From a phage, in the sequence record PX880099.1: a stretch of DNA of 64,000 bases; one strand, 5' to 3'. Below, piece by piece: positions 47,799-55,455 of the stretch. Under the pieces are notes generated by a model. That model saw only the letters and a list, made by a program, of their open reading frames with translations. It was not told the origin of the DNA and searched no databases. The position numbers and the translations under genes were made by a program. Position 1 is the stretch's first letter, and every line of letters begins with the position of its first letter.

Positions 47799-48065
47799 TT
47801 ATTTTTTGTTTTCTTGCCAGGATAGGACACCTAACCAAAAATACATATCGCCCCGCGCCCCTGGTGGTATCTTGCTTTCCCCGCCGCCACTGCAAGCCCA
47901 TAGATAACCATTTGCGAACGTATCAAAATGATCTATCTCTTCCACCTTATGATCGCCCAGGTTGAGAACGGTTTCAACCTTTAAGCCCGTTGCGCTTGCT
48001 ACCTGGTGCACCGTGCCGCCTTGCCAGCCCAATGAGTGCATAAGGTGTAATGTAGTATTTGTCAT
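47799..48065 (-). CDS. hypothetical protein on opposite strand in GC-richer island
   Basis: 88 aa ORF; only - strand gene between two + strand blocks; real C-terminus may be shorter. Confidence 0.4.
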   Translation of the reverse strand: MTNTTLHLMHSLGWQGGTVHQVASATGLKVETVLNLGDHKVEEIDHFDTFANGYLWACSGGGESKIPPGARGDMYFWLGVLSWQENKK

Positions 48066-48173
48066 GATATCGCCCTTTCTTTGTTGTGCGCCCTGGTTGG
48101 CGCGGTAGAAAGATAATAGCCCTTTTCTTTATATATAGCAAGCAAAAAGAAAATAAAAAAGATTGAAAAATGG

Positions 48174-48231
48174 TTGACGTTAACCAGGCGGCGGCGTAGT
48201 ATTCATCTTGTAGGGCGGCAATGGTGCCGCT
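48174..48231 (+). promoter_or_regulatory. promoter plus 5' stem-loop cassette 1
   Basis: TTGACG-17 bp-TAGTAT, then GGCGGCA-atgg-TGCCGCT hairpin at predicted transcript 5' end. Confidence 0.6.
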
Positions 48232-48251
48232 CACTATTTGGAGTTAAGATC

Positions 48252-48449
48252 ATGGCAACATTGCACATTGTGGCGAAAGCTGGACAAATCAACGTAGTGG
48301 TAAACGGTTTTACTGAGTTCAGTCACCCCCAGGATGATCATGAAACGGTTTTATCTTTCATTGATTCCCTGTTAGAAATGGGAGTCATTACAGAAGACCA
48401 GCACGCTACAAAATGCAAGCGCGTTAATCAAATTGTAGGAATAGAATAA
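48252..48449 (+). CDS. hypothetical small protein (cassette gene)
   Basis: Start set at ATG after GGAG; 65 aa. Confidence 0.5.
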   Translation: MATLHIVAKAGQINVVVNGFTEFSHPQDDHETVLSFIDSLLEMGVITEDQHATKCKRVNQIVGIE

Positions 48450-48456
48450 AAAGTAT

Positions 48457-48516
48457 TGACAACAAACAACAACCTGATAAGATGTATCACATAGGGCGGC
48501 GGAATGGTCCACCGCT
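48457..48516 (+). promoter_or_regulatory. promoter plus 5' stem-loop cassette 2
   Basis: TTGACA, -10-like TAAGAT/ATAGAT, GTATCAC, then GGCGGCGGA-atgg-TCCACCGCT hairpin. Confidence 0.6.
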
Positions 48517-48540
48517 CACAACAGAAGAGAGATTATCATC

Positions 48541-48813
48541 ATGGCATCATATAGCGCAACAATGATCGTAGCTGGCACCACTGGTAAACCTATGCGCGGT
48601 GGCGGATCTTTCGCTAATATCAATATTGACGGGCGTTTATCCCTGGACGCAGCGATCACCGTGGCGCGGGAAACATTTAAGAAAGAATGTAAATTCAATA
48701 AACAAGATTATCTCGGTTTTGCTATTGAAAAAACCGCGCGCTTTGTTGATTATAAAAGCCCGAAAATGGTTGACACTACATTAAAAGCGCAAGATGTAGC
48801 GTTTTTGCTTTAA
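48541..48813 (+). CDS. hypothetical small protein (cassette gene)
   Basis: 90 aa; purine-rich SD before ATG. Confidence 0.55.
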   Translation: MASYSATMIVAGTTGKPMRGGGSFANINIDGRLSLDAAITVARETFKKECKFNKQDYLGFAIEKTARFVDYKSPKMVDTTLKAQDVAFLL

Positions 48814-48816
48814 GGC

Positions 48817-48872
48817 TTGACATTAACGAATAATTTGTTAATATGTTACATAAAGCGGGAATAGTTCCCGCT
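48817..48872 (+). promoter_or_regulatory. promoter plus 5' stem-loop cassette 3
   Basis: TTGACA-16 bp-TAATAT then AGCGGGAA-tag-TTCCCGCT hairpin. Confidence 0.55.
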
Positions 48873-48889
48873 ATTTGTAAGGTGGTAGA

Positions 48890-49147
48890 ATGTTTTACAT
48901 CAAATTAAAAGGTCACGTGATCGCGTTCAAAGATAACGCTTTTTACAGATTAGCAAAATATGCGTTAATACATCCCCACTATGTTTATATAAGGGGGCGT
49001 GATGAAATAAATATCTTTGATCAAACAACATGCGAGAACATCGAGATCCGCAAGGTTGGCGTACGTGATTATCGTACATCTTTCTACCCTTGCAAGGATT
49101 CAGCAAGTCTTTTTAAAGTATGCCAATTGTTGAAAAAAGGTGGTTAA
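48890..49147 (+). CDS. hypothetical small protein (cassette gene)
   Basis: 85 aa; SD AAGGTGG before ATG. Confidence 0.55.
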   Translation: MFYIKLKGHVIAFKDNAFYRLAKYALIHPHYVYIRGRDEINIFDQTTCENIEIRKVGVRDYRTSFYPCKDSASLFKVCQLLKKGG

Positions 49148-49148
49148 T

Positions 49149-49706
49149 ATGGGCCGCGAATATGTGATCCAGTCTTGGGTAAAACATGAAGCAGATGATC
49201 CGCGCATCATTCCCGATCATCTTATCGATGAATCCACGGGATATAGTGGTGAGCAAATAGGTAACAGATTAGCACGTAGTAACGGCAACGTAAAAGCGCG
49301 TTATGTGCGCCCTGGCTGGCTGGCAAATGGTAACGCTGATTTATCCAGTGCGGAAGATGCGAGCGACGGCGCGAAAGATAATCCTTTGTACAAAGTTGAT
49401 CCAGCTTTTCGTGTCCTGGATGAATACCCCAGCAAGATAGCGGCGCTCGATCAGGCCCTGGAAAGTAAGCGCATCACCTGGACCGCTTACAACATGGCAA
49501 AAAACGTACTTGATGGTAAATTGATTCAAGCTGAAAGAAAATTAGCCAAAATTGCAGCCATAGCCCAGGAGGAAGACGAGGAGACAACGGAAGAGGAAGA
49601 GTACGAAGAGATCCCGCCGTTGTTGTGTGTTGATGCTTTTCCTGATTATCAGCCGACAGAGGAAGAAAAAAGGATCGCACTAGAAAACTTTGAAAATAGT
49701 CTTTGA
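49149..49706 (+). CDS. hypothetical protein with acidic C-terminal region (second gene of cassette 3 operon)
   Basis: Start set at ATG after SD AAAGGTGG; no promoter between it and the upstream gene. Confidence 0.55.
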   Translation: MGREYVIQSWVKHEADDPRIIPDHLIDESTGYSGEQIGNRLARSNGNVKARYVRPGWLANGNADLSSAEDASDGAKDNPLYKVDPAFRVLDEYPSKIAALDQALESKRITWTAYNMAKNVLDGKLIQAERKLAKIAAIAQEEDEETTEEEEYEEIPPLLCVDAFPDYQPTEEEKRIALENFENSL

Positions 49707-49761
49707 CATATCGCCGCCACTGGCATAATATTTACCACGTAGGGCGGCAATGGTGCCGCTC
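49703..49761 (+). promoter_or_regulatory. promoter plus 5' stem-loop cassette 4
   Basis: TTGACA-17 bp-TAATAT-TTACCAC then GGCGGCA-atgg-TGCCGCT hairpin. Confidence 0.6.
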
Positions 49762-49788
49762 ATAGTGAAATTATGCAAGAGGCTTACA

Positions 49789-49884
49789 ATGATTAATAAA
49801 GAAAATAGCTTGACGGTTGGAACGATTAACGCTATCATTCTAGCCGTTCCATTTTGGGTTGTAGTAGCGGCTATTATTTTCTAA
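49789..49884 (+). CDS. possible 31-aa hydrophobic peptide
   Basis: ATG after AAGAGG; single predicted TM segment; only ORF between cassettes 4 and 5. Confidence 0.3.
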   Translation: MINKENSLTVGTINAIILAVPFWVVVAAIIF

Positions 49885-49892
49885 AAATATTC

Positions 49893-49952
49893 TTGACAAC
49901 GTTTTTTAATCTGATAAGATGTATCACGTAGGGCGGCGGAATACTTCCCCGC
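49893..49952 (+). promoter_or_regulatory. promoter plus 5' stem-loop cassette 5
   Basis: TTGACA-16 bp-TAAGAT-GTATCAC then GGCGGCGGAA-tac-TTCCCCGCC hairpin with one bulge. Confidence 0.6.
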
Positions 49953-49974
49953 CAAAACAAAAAAGGGTAACACA

Positions 49975-50337
49975 ATGAGCAAGCAAATCAATACTATCAT
50001 GTTTAATCTGGTATCTTTCCGCGATGATATGAAAAATTTACCACGTGAAACGGTTGATATTCATGTTTCAGCTTATCGCGCCCTTATTGACATGTTACCG
50101 CTAAAACGTGATCAACATGCCGCTAATATGATGCTTAATGCTATGCTTAAAAAGATGATTCAAACGGATCTTACTCTGGCGTATGAGTATCAAGGGCGCT
50201 TATATGCGACTTACAACAAAGCGGTACCTGGTCTGGGAAGTACCGAAGAGTTGCACGGCTTAAACCTGGATCAAAACACTTGGGATAGTATGCGCCGCGT
50301 TATGGTATGGGCCGAAAGCGGTAAAATTTACGAATAA
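49975..50337 (+). CDS. hypothetical protein (cassette gene)
   Basis: 120 aa; SD AAAGGG before ATG. Confidence 0.55.
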   Translation: MSKQINTIMFNLVSFRDDMKNLPRETVDIHVSAYRALIDMLPLKRDQHAANMMLNAMLKKMIQTDLTLAYEYQGRLYATYNKAVPGLGSTEELHGLNLDQNTWDSMRRVMVWAESGKIYE

Positions 50338-50343
50338 AAACGG

Positions 50344-50401
50344 TTGACACTGTTTAAACTTCTGGTATAGTTTATCACGTAGGGCGGCAATGGTGCCGCC
50401 A
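50344..50401 (+). promoter_or_regulatory. promoter plus 5' stem-loop cassette 6
   Basis: TTGACA-16 bp-TATAGT-TTATCAC then GGCGGCA-atgg-TGCCGCC perfect hairpin. Confidence 0.65.
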
Positions 50402-50420
50402 ACAATAAAAGGTTAACATC

Positions 50421-50600
50421 ATGGCTATCATTGCAAAAACTGAGATTATAGGTTTAGATTCGATCCTCCTGGCTTATGAGGAAACTTTAAAAATGTATGT
50501 AGTGACCTATGGTGATTATGTGCGTGAATACGAATACATTGATCTTGCTTTCGAATGTTACATTCGCCAGGTCAATAAAGCCTATAATGATTATCGTTAA
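50421..50600 (+). CDS. hypothetical small protein (59 aa, below ORF-track cutoff)
   Basis: ATG after AAAAGG; only ORF between cassettes 6 and 7. Confidence 0.45.
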   Translation: MAIIAKTEIIGLDSILLAYEETLKMYVVTYGDYVREYEYIDLAFECYIRQVNKAYNDYR

Positions 50601-50619
50601 AAGTTTTAGTCTTATACTA

Positions 50620-50670
50620 TTGACAATGAGTGATAGTATAAGCATAATAACTTTTATCGGGAATACTTCC
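50620..50670 (+). promoter_or_regulatory. promoter plus short 5' stem-loop cassette 7
   Basis: TTGACA-17 bp-CATAAT then GGGAA-tac-TTCCC hairpin. Confidence 0.5.
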
Positions 50671-50697
50671 CACTAACCAAAAAGAGAGAGTGACACC

Positions 50698-51063
50698 ATG
50701 GCTATTAATATCAATGTTTCCGCTTATGCTACCCTGGCTAACACGGCTAAAATTGAATTATCCAGCATTGAGGCGGTGCATATTAGCGCCCGTCGCTGGT
50801 TTCAACAGTCCTACGGTAACACATATTTTTCTTTAATGGTTGACGTTGAGATCGGCGGTAAACTGATCGAGGTGGTTAACGTTCCGTTTCAATATGGCTA
50901 TGGTGATCATTTTGATACCGTCGCCCTGGAAGAATTTAGCAAGGTTATCAACCTTGAGGGCAAGGAATTTTCACGCGGCGCGTATCTTTCCCGTTTTTGC
51001 CGTGACAATGGGATCACTGTATACAGTCATGCAAGCGATGTAAAACGTAAAAAAGATTTATAA
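50698..51063 (+). CDS. hypothetical protein (cassette gene)
   Basis: 121 aa; SD GAGAGAG before ATG. Confidence 0.55.
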   Translation: MAININVSAYATLANTAKIELSSIEAVHISARRWFQQSYGNTYFSLMVDVEIGGKLIEVVNVPFQYGYGDHFDTVALEEFSKVINLEGKEFSRGAYLSRFCRDNGITVYSHASDVKRKKDL

Positions 51064-51069
51064 AAAGCA

Positions 51070-51129
51070 TTGACAGCACGAATAAAAAGAGTAAACTGTA
51101 TTACATAGAGAGCGGGAATAGTTCCCGCC
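51070..51129 (+). promoter_or_regulatory. promoter plus 5' stem-loop cassette 8
   Basis: TTGACA-16 bp-TAAACT-GTATTAC then GCGGGAA-tag-TTCCCGC hairpin. Confidence 0.6.
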
Positions 51130-51152
51130 TCATTCAAAGAGAGATTATCATC

Positions 51153-51392
51153 ATGGCTATTACTAAAACTTACAACGGTCACAAAAACAAAACTCACTGG
51201 AATGTAAGCCTTTGGATTAATAACGACGAATCATTATATCGGTTGGCGAAAGAATTTATCGCCGCTAATACTAATCGTAATGATGCTGCCCGTGATATGA
51301 TGTTATTCCTGGAACAAACTGGACAAGATAAAACTCCAGACGGTTTCAAGTATAGCACTACAGCGATCCGCGCCGCGATGGTTGGAATGTAA
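51153..51392 (+). CDS. hypothetical small protein (cassette gene)
   Basis: 79 aa; SD AGAGAG before ATG. Confidence 0.55.
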   Translation: MAITKTYNGHKNKTHWNVSLWINNDESLYRLAKEFIAANTNRNDAARDMMLFLEQTGQDKTPDGFKYSTTAIRAAMVGM

Positions 51393-51401
51393 TAAAAACA
51401 G

Positions 51402-51461
51402 TTGACAACGTTTAAAATTAGTGTAAGATGTATCACATAGGGCGGGAAGTGGTTTCCCGCC
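51402..51461 (+). promoter_or_regulatory. promoter plus 5' stem-loop cassette 9
   Basis: TTGACA-16 bp-TAAGAT-GTATCAC then GGCGGGAA-gtggt-TTCCCGCC hairpin. Confidence 0.6.
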
Positions 51462-51483
51462 AACAACAGAGAGATTAAAGATT

Positions 51484-51711
51484 ATGGCTATCAATATTGT
51501 TCGCGTATCCGGCACCGTTGGCACTTCCCAGGTTATTGCAGTTGTAACAAACAAAAAGATTAATGATGTATGTGAGATCTTGAATAAGTGGGCTATTGCT
51601 AATTTTGGGGAATATGCAAGCGTCGAGTACATCGAATCCTACCAGGTGCCAACCATCAGCCTGACCGATCTCAACGTTGATCGCCTGTTATGCCTGGATG
51701 AATTAATCTGA
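51484..51711 (+). CDS. hypothetical small protein (cassette gene)
   Basis: 75 aa; SD GAGAG before ATG. Confidence 0.55.
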   Translation: MAINIVRVSGTVGTSQVIAVVTNKKINDVCEILNKWAIANFGEYASVEYIESYQVPTISLTDLNVDRLLCLDELI

Positions 51712-51720
51712 AAAAGATTG

Positions 51721-51777
51721 TTGACACGGGAAAGAAAAAGAGTAAACTGTATTACGTAGGGCGGCAATAGTGCCGCT
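51721..51777 (+). promoter_or_regulatory. promoter plus 5' stem-loop cassette 10
   Basis: TTGACA-16 bp-TAAACT-GTATTAC then GGCGGCA-atag-TGCCGCT hairpin. Confidence 0.6.
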
Positions 51778-51801
51778 CACAACAGAAGAGAGATTATCAC
51801 G

Positions 51802-52014
51802 ATGGCTAATATCCGCACACTGTTAAAAAATGCAAGTCAAGTTTTATTTTCTGATCACGATCATTTTAATAAAGATATTACAGGCGTGAAGAATATCAAA
51901 GATGTAAAAAGTGTTATGGGTATATATTGCAATGTTAAACGTGTTGGAACGTTCGGTGATAAAGTATTGTACCAATCAGGTGATTACAATTTTACTTTGA
52001 CGATTATTTCATAA
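51802..52014 (+). CDS. hypothetical small protein (cassette gene)
   Basis: 70 aa; SD AGAGAG before ATG. Confidence 0.55.
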   Translation: MANIRTLLKNASQVLFSDHDHFNKDITGVKNIKDVKSVMGIYCNVKRVGTFGDKVLYQSGDYNFTLTIIS

Positions 52015-52019
52015 AACGC

Positions 52020-52081
52020 TTGCAATACTGCAAAAATAAAGTAAACTGTATTACATCAAGGCGGCGGAATGGTCCACCGCC
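52020..52081 (+). promoter_or_regulatory. promoter plus 5' stem-loop cassette 11
   Basis: TTGCAA-16 bp-TAAACT-GTATTAC then GGCGGCGGA-atgg-TCCACCGCC hairpin. Confidence 0.55.
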
Positions 52082-52105
52082 TAACAAAGAGAAGAGGAAA
52101 ATATT

Positions 52106-52273
52106 ATGATCACTTTCGCTACCCGTGAAGCCGCTCGCAACGTTGCACGTAAAGTTAACGCCGCCAACCTGGGCGCTACGCTTAAAGCCCCTGTAAAAGA
52201 TGAATCAGGAAAATGGATCTTCCCTGGTCTACGTCATGCTGACAAGTTAGGTACTTTAAGCCTTAAAAAATAA
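52106..52273 (+). CDS. hypothetical small basic protein (55 aa, below ORF-track cutoff)
   Basis: ATG after SD GAAGAGGAAA; N-terminus MITFA shared with 52526-52747. Confidence 0.45.
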   Translation: MITFATREAARNVARKVNAANLGATLKAPVKDESGKWIFPGLRHADKLGTLSLKK

Positions 52274-52276
52274 TCG

Positions 52277-52314
52277 TTGACTTTTCGTTATAGCGCCTTA
52301 TAATGGGCGCTATA
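52277..52314 (+). promoter_or_regulatory. promoter with palindrome straddling the -10 (variant cassette 12)
   Basis: TTGACT-16 bp-TATAAT with inverted repeat TATAGCGCC..GGCGCTATA enclosing the -10 hexamer. Confidence 0.5.
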
Positions 52315-52350
52315 GAGAAGAGAAACCAGTCACAACAGAGAGAAAATATC

Positions 52351-52512
52351 ATGACCAATAAAGAAAAAGCCATCATTAAAGCACATTATCCACATCTAAC
52401 ATTACGTTTTAAAGCCGATGGATCTGTTATGGCCTCCAGTGGGCGCGGGTATGCTTACGGTTTACTTTACACCGCACAACAAGCGCAAGATCATTTAAAC
52501 GCAGTAAAATAA
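52351..52512 (+). CDS. hypothetical small protein (cassette gene)
   Basis: Start set at ATG after AGAGAGAA (MTNKEK); 53 aa. Confidence 0.45.
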   Translation: MTNKEKAIIKAHYPHLTLRFKADGSVMASSGRGYAYGLLYTAQQAQDHLNAVK

Positions 52513-52525
52513 CAAGGAAACCATT

Positions 52526-52747
52526 ATGATCACTTTCGCTATTGTCGCCGTTGTTGCTGGTCAAGTTTACGTAAATGAGACATTTACTACAGAAGACAAG
52601 GCAGCAGGAGATATAACCGCCGTTTACAATGAGTGCAAGGCAGTAGAAAGGATGTTAGCGCCTTGTATGCTAATGAGTGAACGCCAGGACGGAATAACAG
52701 TATTTACTAACATTGGAACAGGGTACCAAATGGTAGTAACAAAATAA
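52526..52747 (+). CDS. hypothetical small protein (second gene of cassette 12 operon)
   Basis: 73 aa; SD AAGGAAA before ATG; hydrophobic N-terminus. Confidence 0.5.
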   Translation: MITFAIVAVVAGQVYVNETFTTEDKAAGDITAVYNECKAVERMLAPCMLMSERQDGITVFTNIGTGYQMVVTK

Positions 52748-52750
52748 AGC

Positions 52751-52808
52751 TTGACACCGATTTAATTTTTAGTAAACTGTTACAGGTAGGGCGGGAATAG
52801 TTCCCGCT
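52751..52808 (+). promoter_or_regulatory. promoter plus 5' stem-loop cassette 13
   Basis: TTGACA-16 bp-TAAACT then GCGGGAA-tag-TTCCCGC hairpin. Confidence 0.6.
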
Positions 52809-52826
52809 CAAAAAGAGAGAAAGACC

Positions 52827-53180
52827 ATGAAAGCACAAAATGCAATTAAAGAGTACATCCTTGCCGCTATCGATTTTAATGATTACGGTATTACAACCGA
52901 AAAAGAGAAGATCGCGGAATTGATGCGCCGTTTTAATTCCGAGTACTGGTACCCTGATAACCAATCACGTTTTAATTATAGTATTGTTAAAGCACTTGCA
53001 TCATGGTTACAAGGTTTGCCATCAGATATCAATATCGCTTTCGAATATTGGGAAATTGATCGCTTGTTAACATCCTGGGGATACATTAAAGAGAATAGCA
53101 GCGATGATAAAATCCAACGAGAAAGGGAAAATTATTGGCTTTATATTGCAGGCGTGATCCTTGCTTGCTCTTATGAATGA
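52827..53180 (+). CDS. hypothetical protein (cassette gene)
   Basis: 117 aa; SD AGAGAGAAAG before ATG. Confidence 0.55.
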   Translation: MKAQNAIKEYILAAIDFNDYGITTEKEKIAELMRRFNSEYWYPDNQSRFNYSIVKALASWLQGLPSDINIAFEYWEIDRLLTSWGYIKENSSDDKIQRERENYWLYIAGVILACSYE

Positions 53181-53186
53181 TAAACC

Positions 53187-53240
53187 TTGACAATTTTACA
53201 AAACAGTTTAAATTAACAATATAGCGGCAATGGTGCCGCT
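53187..53240 (+). promoter_or_regulatory. promoter plus 5' stem-loop cassette 14
   Basis: TTGACA, weak -10, then AGCGGCA-atgg-TGCCGCT hairpin. Confidence 0.5.
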
Positions 53241-53259
53241 CATATGAAGAGGAAACAAA

Positions 53260-53406
53260 ATGAATACATCTAATCGCGCAGAAAAAATTCAATCTTCCAA
53301 GATCCGCAAAGCCTGGAACGAGGAAGTGATCCGCAAAGGCGACAAGCGTAATAAAACAAAGCGCGGGAAGAGTGACAAATATAATTGGATGGATTTAGAG
53401 GATTAA
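53260..53406 (+). CDS. hypothetical small basic protein (48 aa, below ORF-track cutoff)
   Basis: ATG after SD GAAGAGGAAA; Lys/Arg-rich. Confidence 0.4.
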   Translation: MNTSNRAEKIQSSKIRKAWNEEVIRKGDKRNKTKRGKSDKYNWMDLED

Positions 53407-53413
53407 CATAACA

Positions 53414-53441
53414 AGGGCGCATCAAGCGCCCTTTCTTTTTA
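53414..53441 (+). terminator. rho-independent terminator (module AAGGGCGCAYCAAGCGCCCTTT)
   Basis: AGGGCGC-atcaa-GCGCCCT hairpin followed by TTCTTTTT. Confidence 0.7.
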
Positions 53442-53461
53442 CATGTAGAGGATAAACAAAA

Positions 53462-53647
53462 ATGACTTTAAACGAGCTTAAAACAGCCTACAACGCAACA
53501 TTAAAAATAGCCGTGCGTTACCGTGATGCGTATGGTTTTATCGCGCAGGGCGTGATCCTGGGCTTTTCTGACGATGGTTTGATCTATGTTGATGCACATC
53601 ACAACAAGGTTAAACCTGAAAACGTCATTAGCATAAAATATCTTTAA
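53462..53647 (+). CDS. hypothetical small protein
   Basis: 61 aa; SD GAGGA before ATG; no cassette promoter directly upstream. Confidence 0.5.
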   Translation: MTLNELKTAYNATLKIAVRYRDAYGFIAQGVILGFSDDGLIYVDAHHNKVKPENVISIKYL

Positions 53648-53653
53648 AAACGG

Positions 53654-53710
53654 TTGACAGCATAACCAAGTATGATAAGATGTATCACATAGGGCGGGAA
53701 TAGTTCCCGA
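53654..53710 (+). promoter_or_regulatory. promoter plus 5' stem-loop cassette 15
   Basis: TTGACA-16 bp-TAAGAT-GTATCAC then GGGCGGGAA-tag-TTCCCGACC hairpin. Confidence 0.6.
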
Positions 53711-53732
53711 CCACATAAAAGAGAAAAACATT

Positions 53733-53945
53733 ATGACCACTATCACAACAAAACAAGAAAAAATTATTACAGACATTGCCGCAGTAGCCGCTATTGCTAT
53801 TATTGGTACCTACTATGACACCGCGCGACCTTCCTCCTTACATGAGATCGCCGCCGTTGCATCAGTTGGCGTACTGTTTTACGTTGGTAAACGCTATTTA
53901 TCACCAATGATTAACAAGCTGACACCGTGGAAAAATAAAGGTTGA
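53733..53945 (+). CDS. small membrane protein (cassette gene)
   Basis: 70 aa with two hydrophobic segments; SD AGAGAAAAA before ATG. Confidence 0.5.
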   Translation: MTTITTKQEKIITDIAAVAAIAIIGTYYDTARPSSLHEIAAVASVGVLFYVGKRYLSPMINKLTPWKNKG

Positions 53946-53997
53946 TCCTGTTTTATATTGTGTTATAGTTATCGTGTAGGGCGGCAATGGTGCCGCG
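53942..53997 (+). promoter_or_regulatory. promoter plus 5' stem-loop cassette 16
   Basis: TTGATC-16 bp-TATAGT then GGCGGCA-atgg-TGCCGCG hairpin. Confidence 0.55.
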
Positions 53998-54016
53998 CCC
54001 CTTTGAGGATGCAATC

Positions 54017-54301
54017 ATGCGTAAAGCTAACACCGTGCTAATGTTTTCCCTGATTAATAATGCCGCTTACTTGTCCAACATGACGCAGGAGGGTAACACA
54101 TTAACGGCAACATTCACCAATAAGCTTGACCGAGTGATCATAATCTCACTGAAAACAGTTAGTAAAGGCTTTTACTCGTTAGCTTATCATTGTATCACTG
54201 ACACCGACGAGACAAGCCAGGACTATAGCGCCCCTTTCCCTGAATCAATGGCACGGGAGATCATCGCCGCCGTTGTAAATGATGGTTTGTTTACTGCATA
54301 A
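54017..54301 (+). CDS. hypothetical protein (cassette gene)
   Basis: Start set at ATG after SD GAGGA (MRKANTVL); 94 aa. Confidence 0.5.
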   Translation: MRKANTVLMFSLINNAAYLSNMTQEGNTLTATFTNKLDRVIIISLKTVSKGFYSLAYHCITDTDETSQDYSAPFPESMAREIIAAVVNDGLFTA

Positions 54302-54318
54302 AATAATTCAGAAAAGGC

Positions 54319-54378
54319 TTGCAATAATTTTCAGACCGTGTATATTTAATTCATAGGGCGGCGGGAATAGTTTCCTAA
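54319..54378 (+). promoter_or_regulatory. promoter plus degenerate 5' stem-loop cassette 17
   Basis: TTGCAA-16 bp-TATATT then partially decayed GGCGGGAATAGTTTCC element. Confidence 0.4.
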
Positions 54379-54398
54379 GCAAACGAGAGGATTACACG

Positions 54399-54518
54399 AT
54401 GAGCAAGTATACAGTAGAATACACGGTAGAAAATCCGGCAGTATCCGAAGGTAAAAAGATGACATTTGCCATCAGTATAATCGCTTTCGTTATCACTATC
54501 TTATCAATCATCTTATAA
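54399..54518 (+). CDS. possible 39-aa membrane peptide
   Basis: ATG after GAGAGG; hydrophobic C-terminal half. Confidence 0.3.
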   Translation: MSKYTVEYTVENPAVSEGKKMTFAISIIAFVITILSIIL

Positions 54519-54528
54519 GGTGCGTACT

Positions 54529-54690
54529 ATGAAAACAACAGACATTATCAAAGAGATCGCCCTTGCCGCTGACGTTGAGATCGAGGAAGTGATCGCGCTC
54601 AACCTTACAGAAAACGATCTGCGCAACTATGAAGCGGAAAGCGTGAAAGCAAGCGGCGCGGTCCTGGCATATAATCCGGCTAACAAGTAA
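54529..54690 (+). CDS. hypothetical small acidic protein (53 aa, below ORF-track cutoff)
   Basis: ATG after SD AAGGTG. Confidence 0.4.
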   Translation: MKTTDIIKEIALAADVEIEEVIALNLTENDLRNYEAESVKASGAVLAYNPANK

Positions 54691-54699
54691 GGGGATAAC

Positions 54700-54810
54700 A
54701 TGAATCCAAAAGATATGCAAGCATGGAAAGGGTACGACGATCTAAGCGCCTTGCGCAATAAGTCAAGCCGTAACCTTAGACGGTTGGAAGCAAAGAAAAA
54801 GAAAAAATAG
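54700..54810 (+). CDS. possible 36-aa basic peptide
   Basis: ATG after AAGGGG; ends in a Lys run. Confidence 0.3.
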   Translation: MNPKDMQAWKGYDDLSALRNKSSRNLRRLEAKKKKK

Positions 54811-54811
54811 T

Positions 54812-54868
54812 TTGACAAGTCCGCCTAGTCTGATAATATGTATCTTGTAGGGCGGCAATGGTGCCGCT
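54812..54868 (+). promoter_or_regulatory. promoter plus 5' stem-loop cassette 18
   Basis: TTGACA-16 bp-TAATAT then GGCGGCA-atgg-TGCCGCT hairpin. Confidence 0.6.
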
Positions 54869-54888
54869 CACAAGAAGAGAGAAAAATC

Positions 54889-55173
54889 ATGAAAATCACA
54901 AAAAGCCTAACTAATTATGCAGCACGTCGCGGATTATGTTTAACCGTTGAAAACTTAGGGAAAGAAGACTTTTTGTGTTTTTGGGAGCTTGAAAATGATT
55001 GCGAGTGGATGTTTTCTTATTCTATCTGCGAAGATCAAAACGGTTGTTTGTTAACCTGGCGCGGTAATATCTATTTACCGGAAGAAATTAAAGAAGAGTT
55101 ACCAGGTACGATCATGACAGAGAGACAGCTTAAGGAAGTGATCAATTTTGTAGGGCAAAACATTAAAAAATAA
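54889..55173 (+). CDS. hypothetical protein (cassette gene)
   Basis: Start set at ATG after AGAGAGAAAAA (MKITKSL); 94 aa. Confidence 0.5.
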   Translation: MKITKSLTNYAARRGLCLTVENLGKEDFLCFWELENDCEWMFSYSICEDQNGCLLTWRGNIYLPEEIKEELPGTIMTERQLKEVINFVGQNIKK

Positions 55174-55174
55174 T

Positions 55175-55236
55175 TTGACAGTAGGCAAACAACGTAGTAA
55201 AGTTTATTACATAGAGCGGCGGAATGGTCCACCGCT
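55175..55236 (+). promoter_or_regulatory. promoter plus 5' stem-loop cassette 19
   Basis: TTGACA-17 bp-TAAAGT-TTATTAC then AGCGGCGGA-atgg-TCCACCGCT hairpin. Confidence 0.6.
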
Positions 55237-55258
55237 CACAACAGAAGAGAAACAAATC

Positions 55259-55429
55259 ATGATCCCGACTATGTTTTATGTATCGCGCAAAGGTCACAAT
55301 ATTTTTTGGTCTGAAGATTTAAATGAAGCTATGACGTTTGCCCGTGATCGTGTTGCTATCGGTGGCGTTAATATCACCGTGACCGATGAAAACGGCATTG
55401 AATACTATAACGGCGATGATGAAGAGTAA
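55259..55429 (+). CDS. hypothetical small protein (cassette gene)
   Basis: Start set at ATG after AGAGAAACAA (MIPTMFYV); 56 aa. Confidence 0.45.
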   Translation: MIPTMFYVSRKGHNIFWSEDLNEAMTFARDRVAIGGVNITVTDENGIEYYNGDDEE

Positions 55430-55436
55430 TCAACAA

Positions 55437-55455
55437 GGCGGGATTAATTCCGCCT
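55437..55455 (+). other. promoter-less intercistronic stem-loop GGCGGGA-ttaa-TTCCGCC
   Basis: Hairpin right after the stop at 55429 with no -35/-10 upstream and no T-run. Confidence 0.4.

Noticed and set aside
48213-48231. Hairpins as N4-type hairpin promoters
   Set aside because: N4 virion-polymerase promoters carry the hairpin inside the promoter; here clear sigma70-like -35/-10 elements precede the hairpin, which falls at or after the predicted +1.
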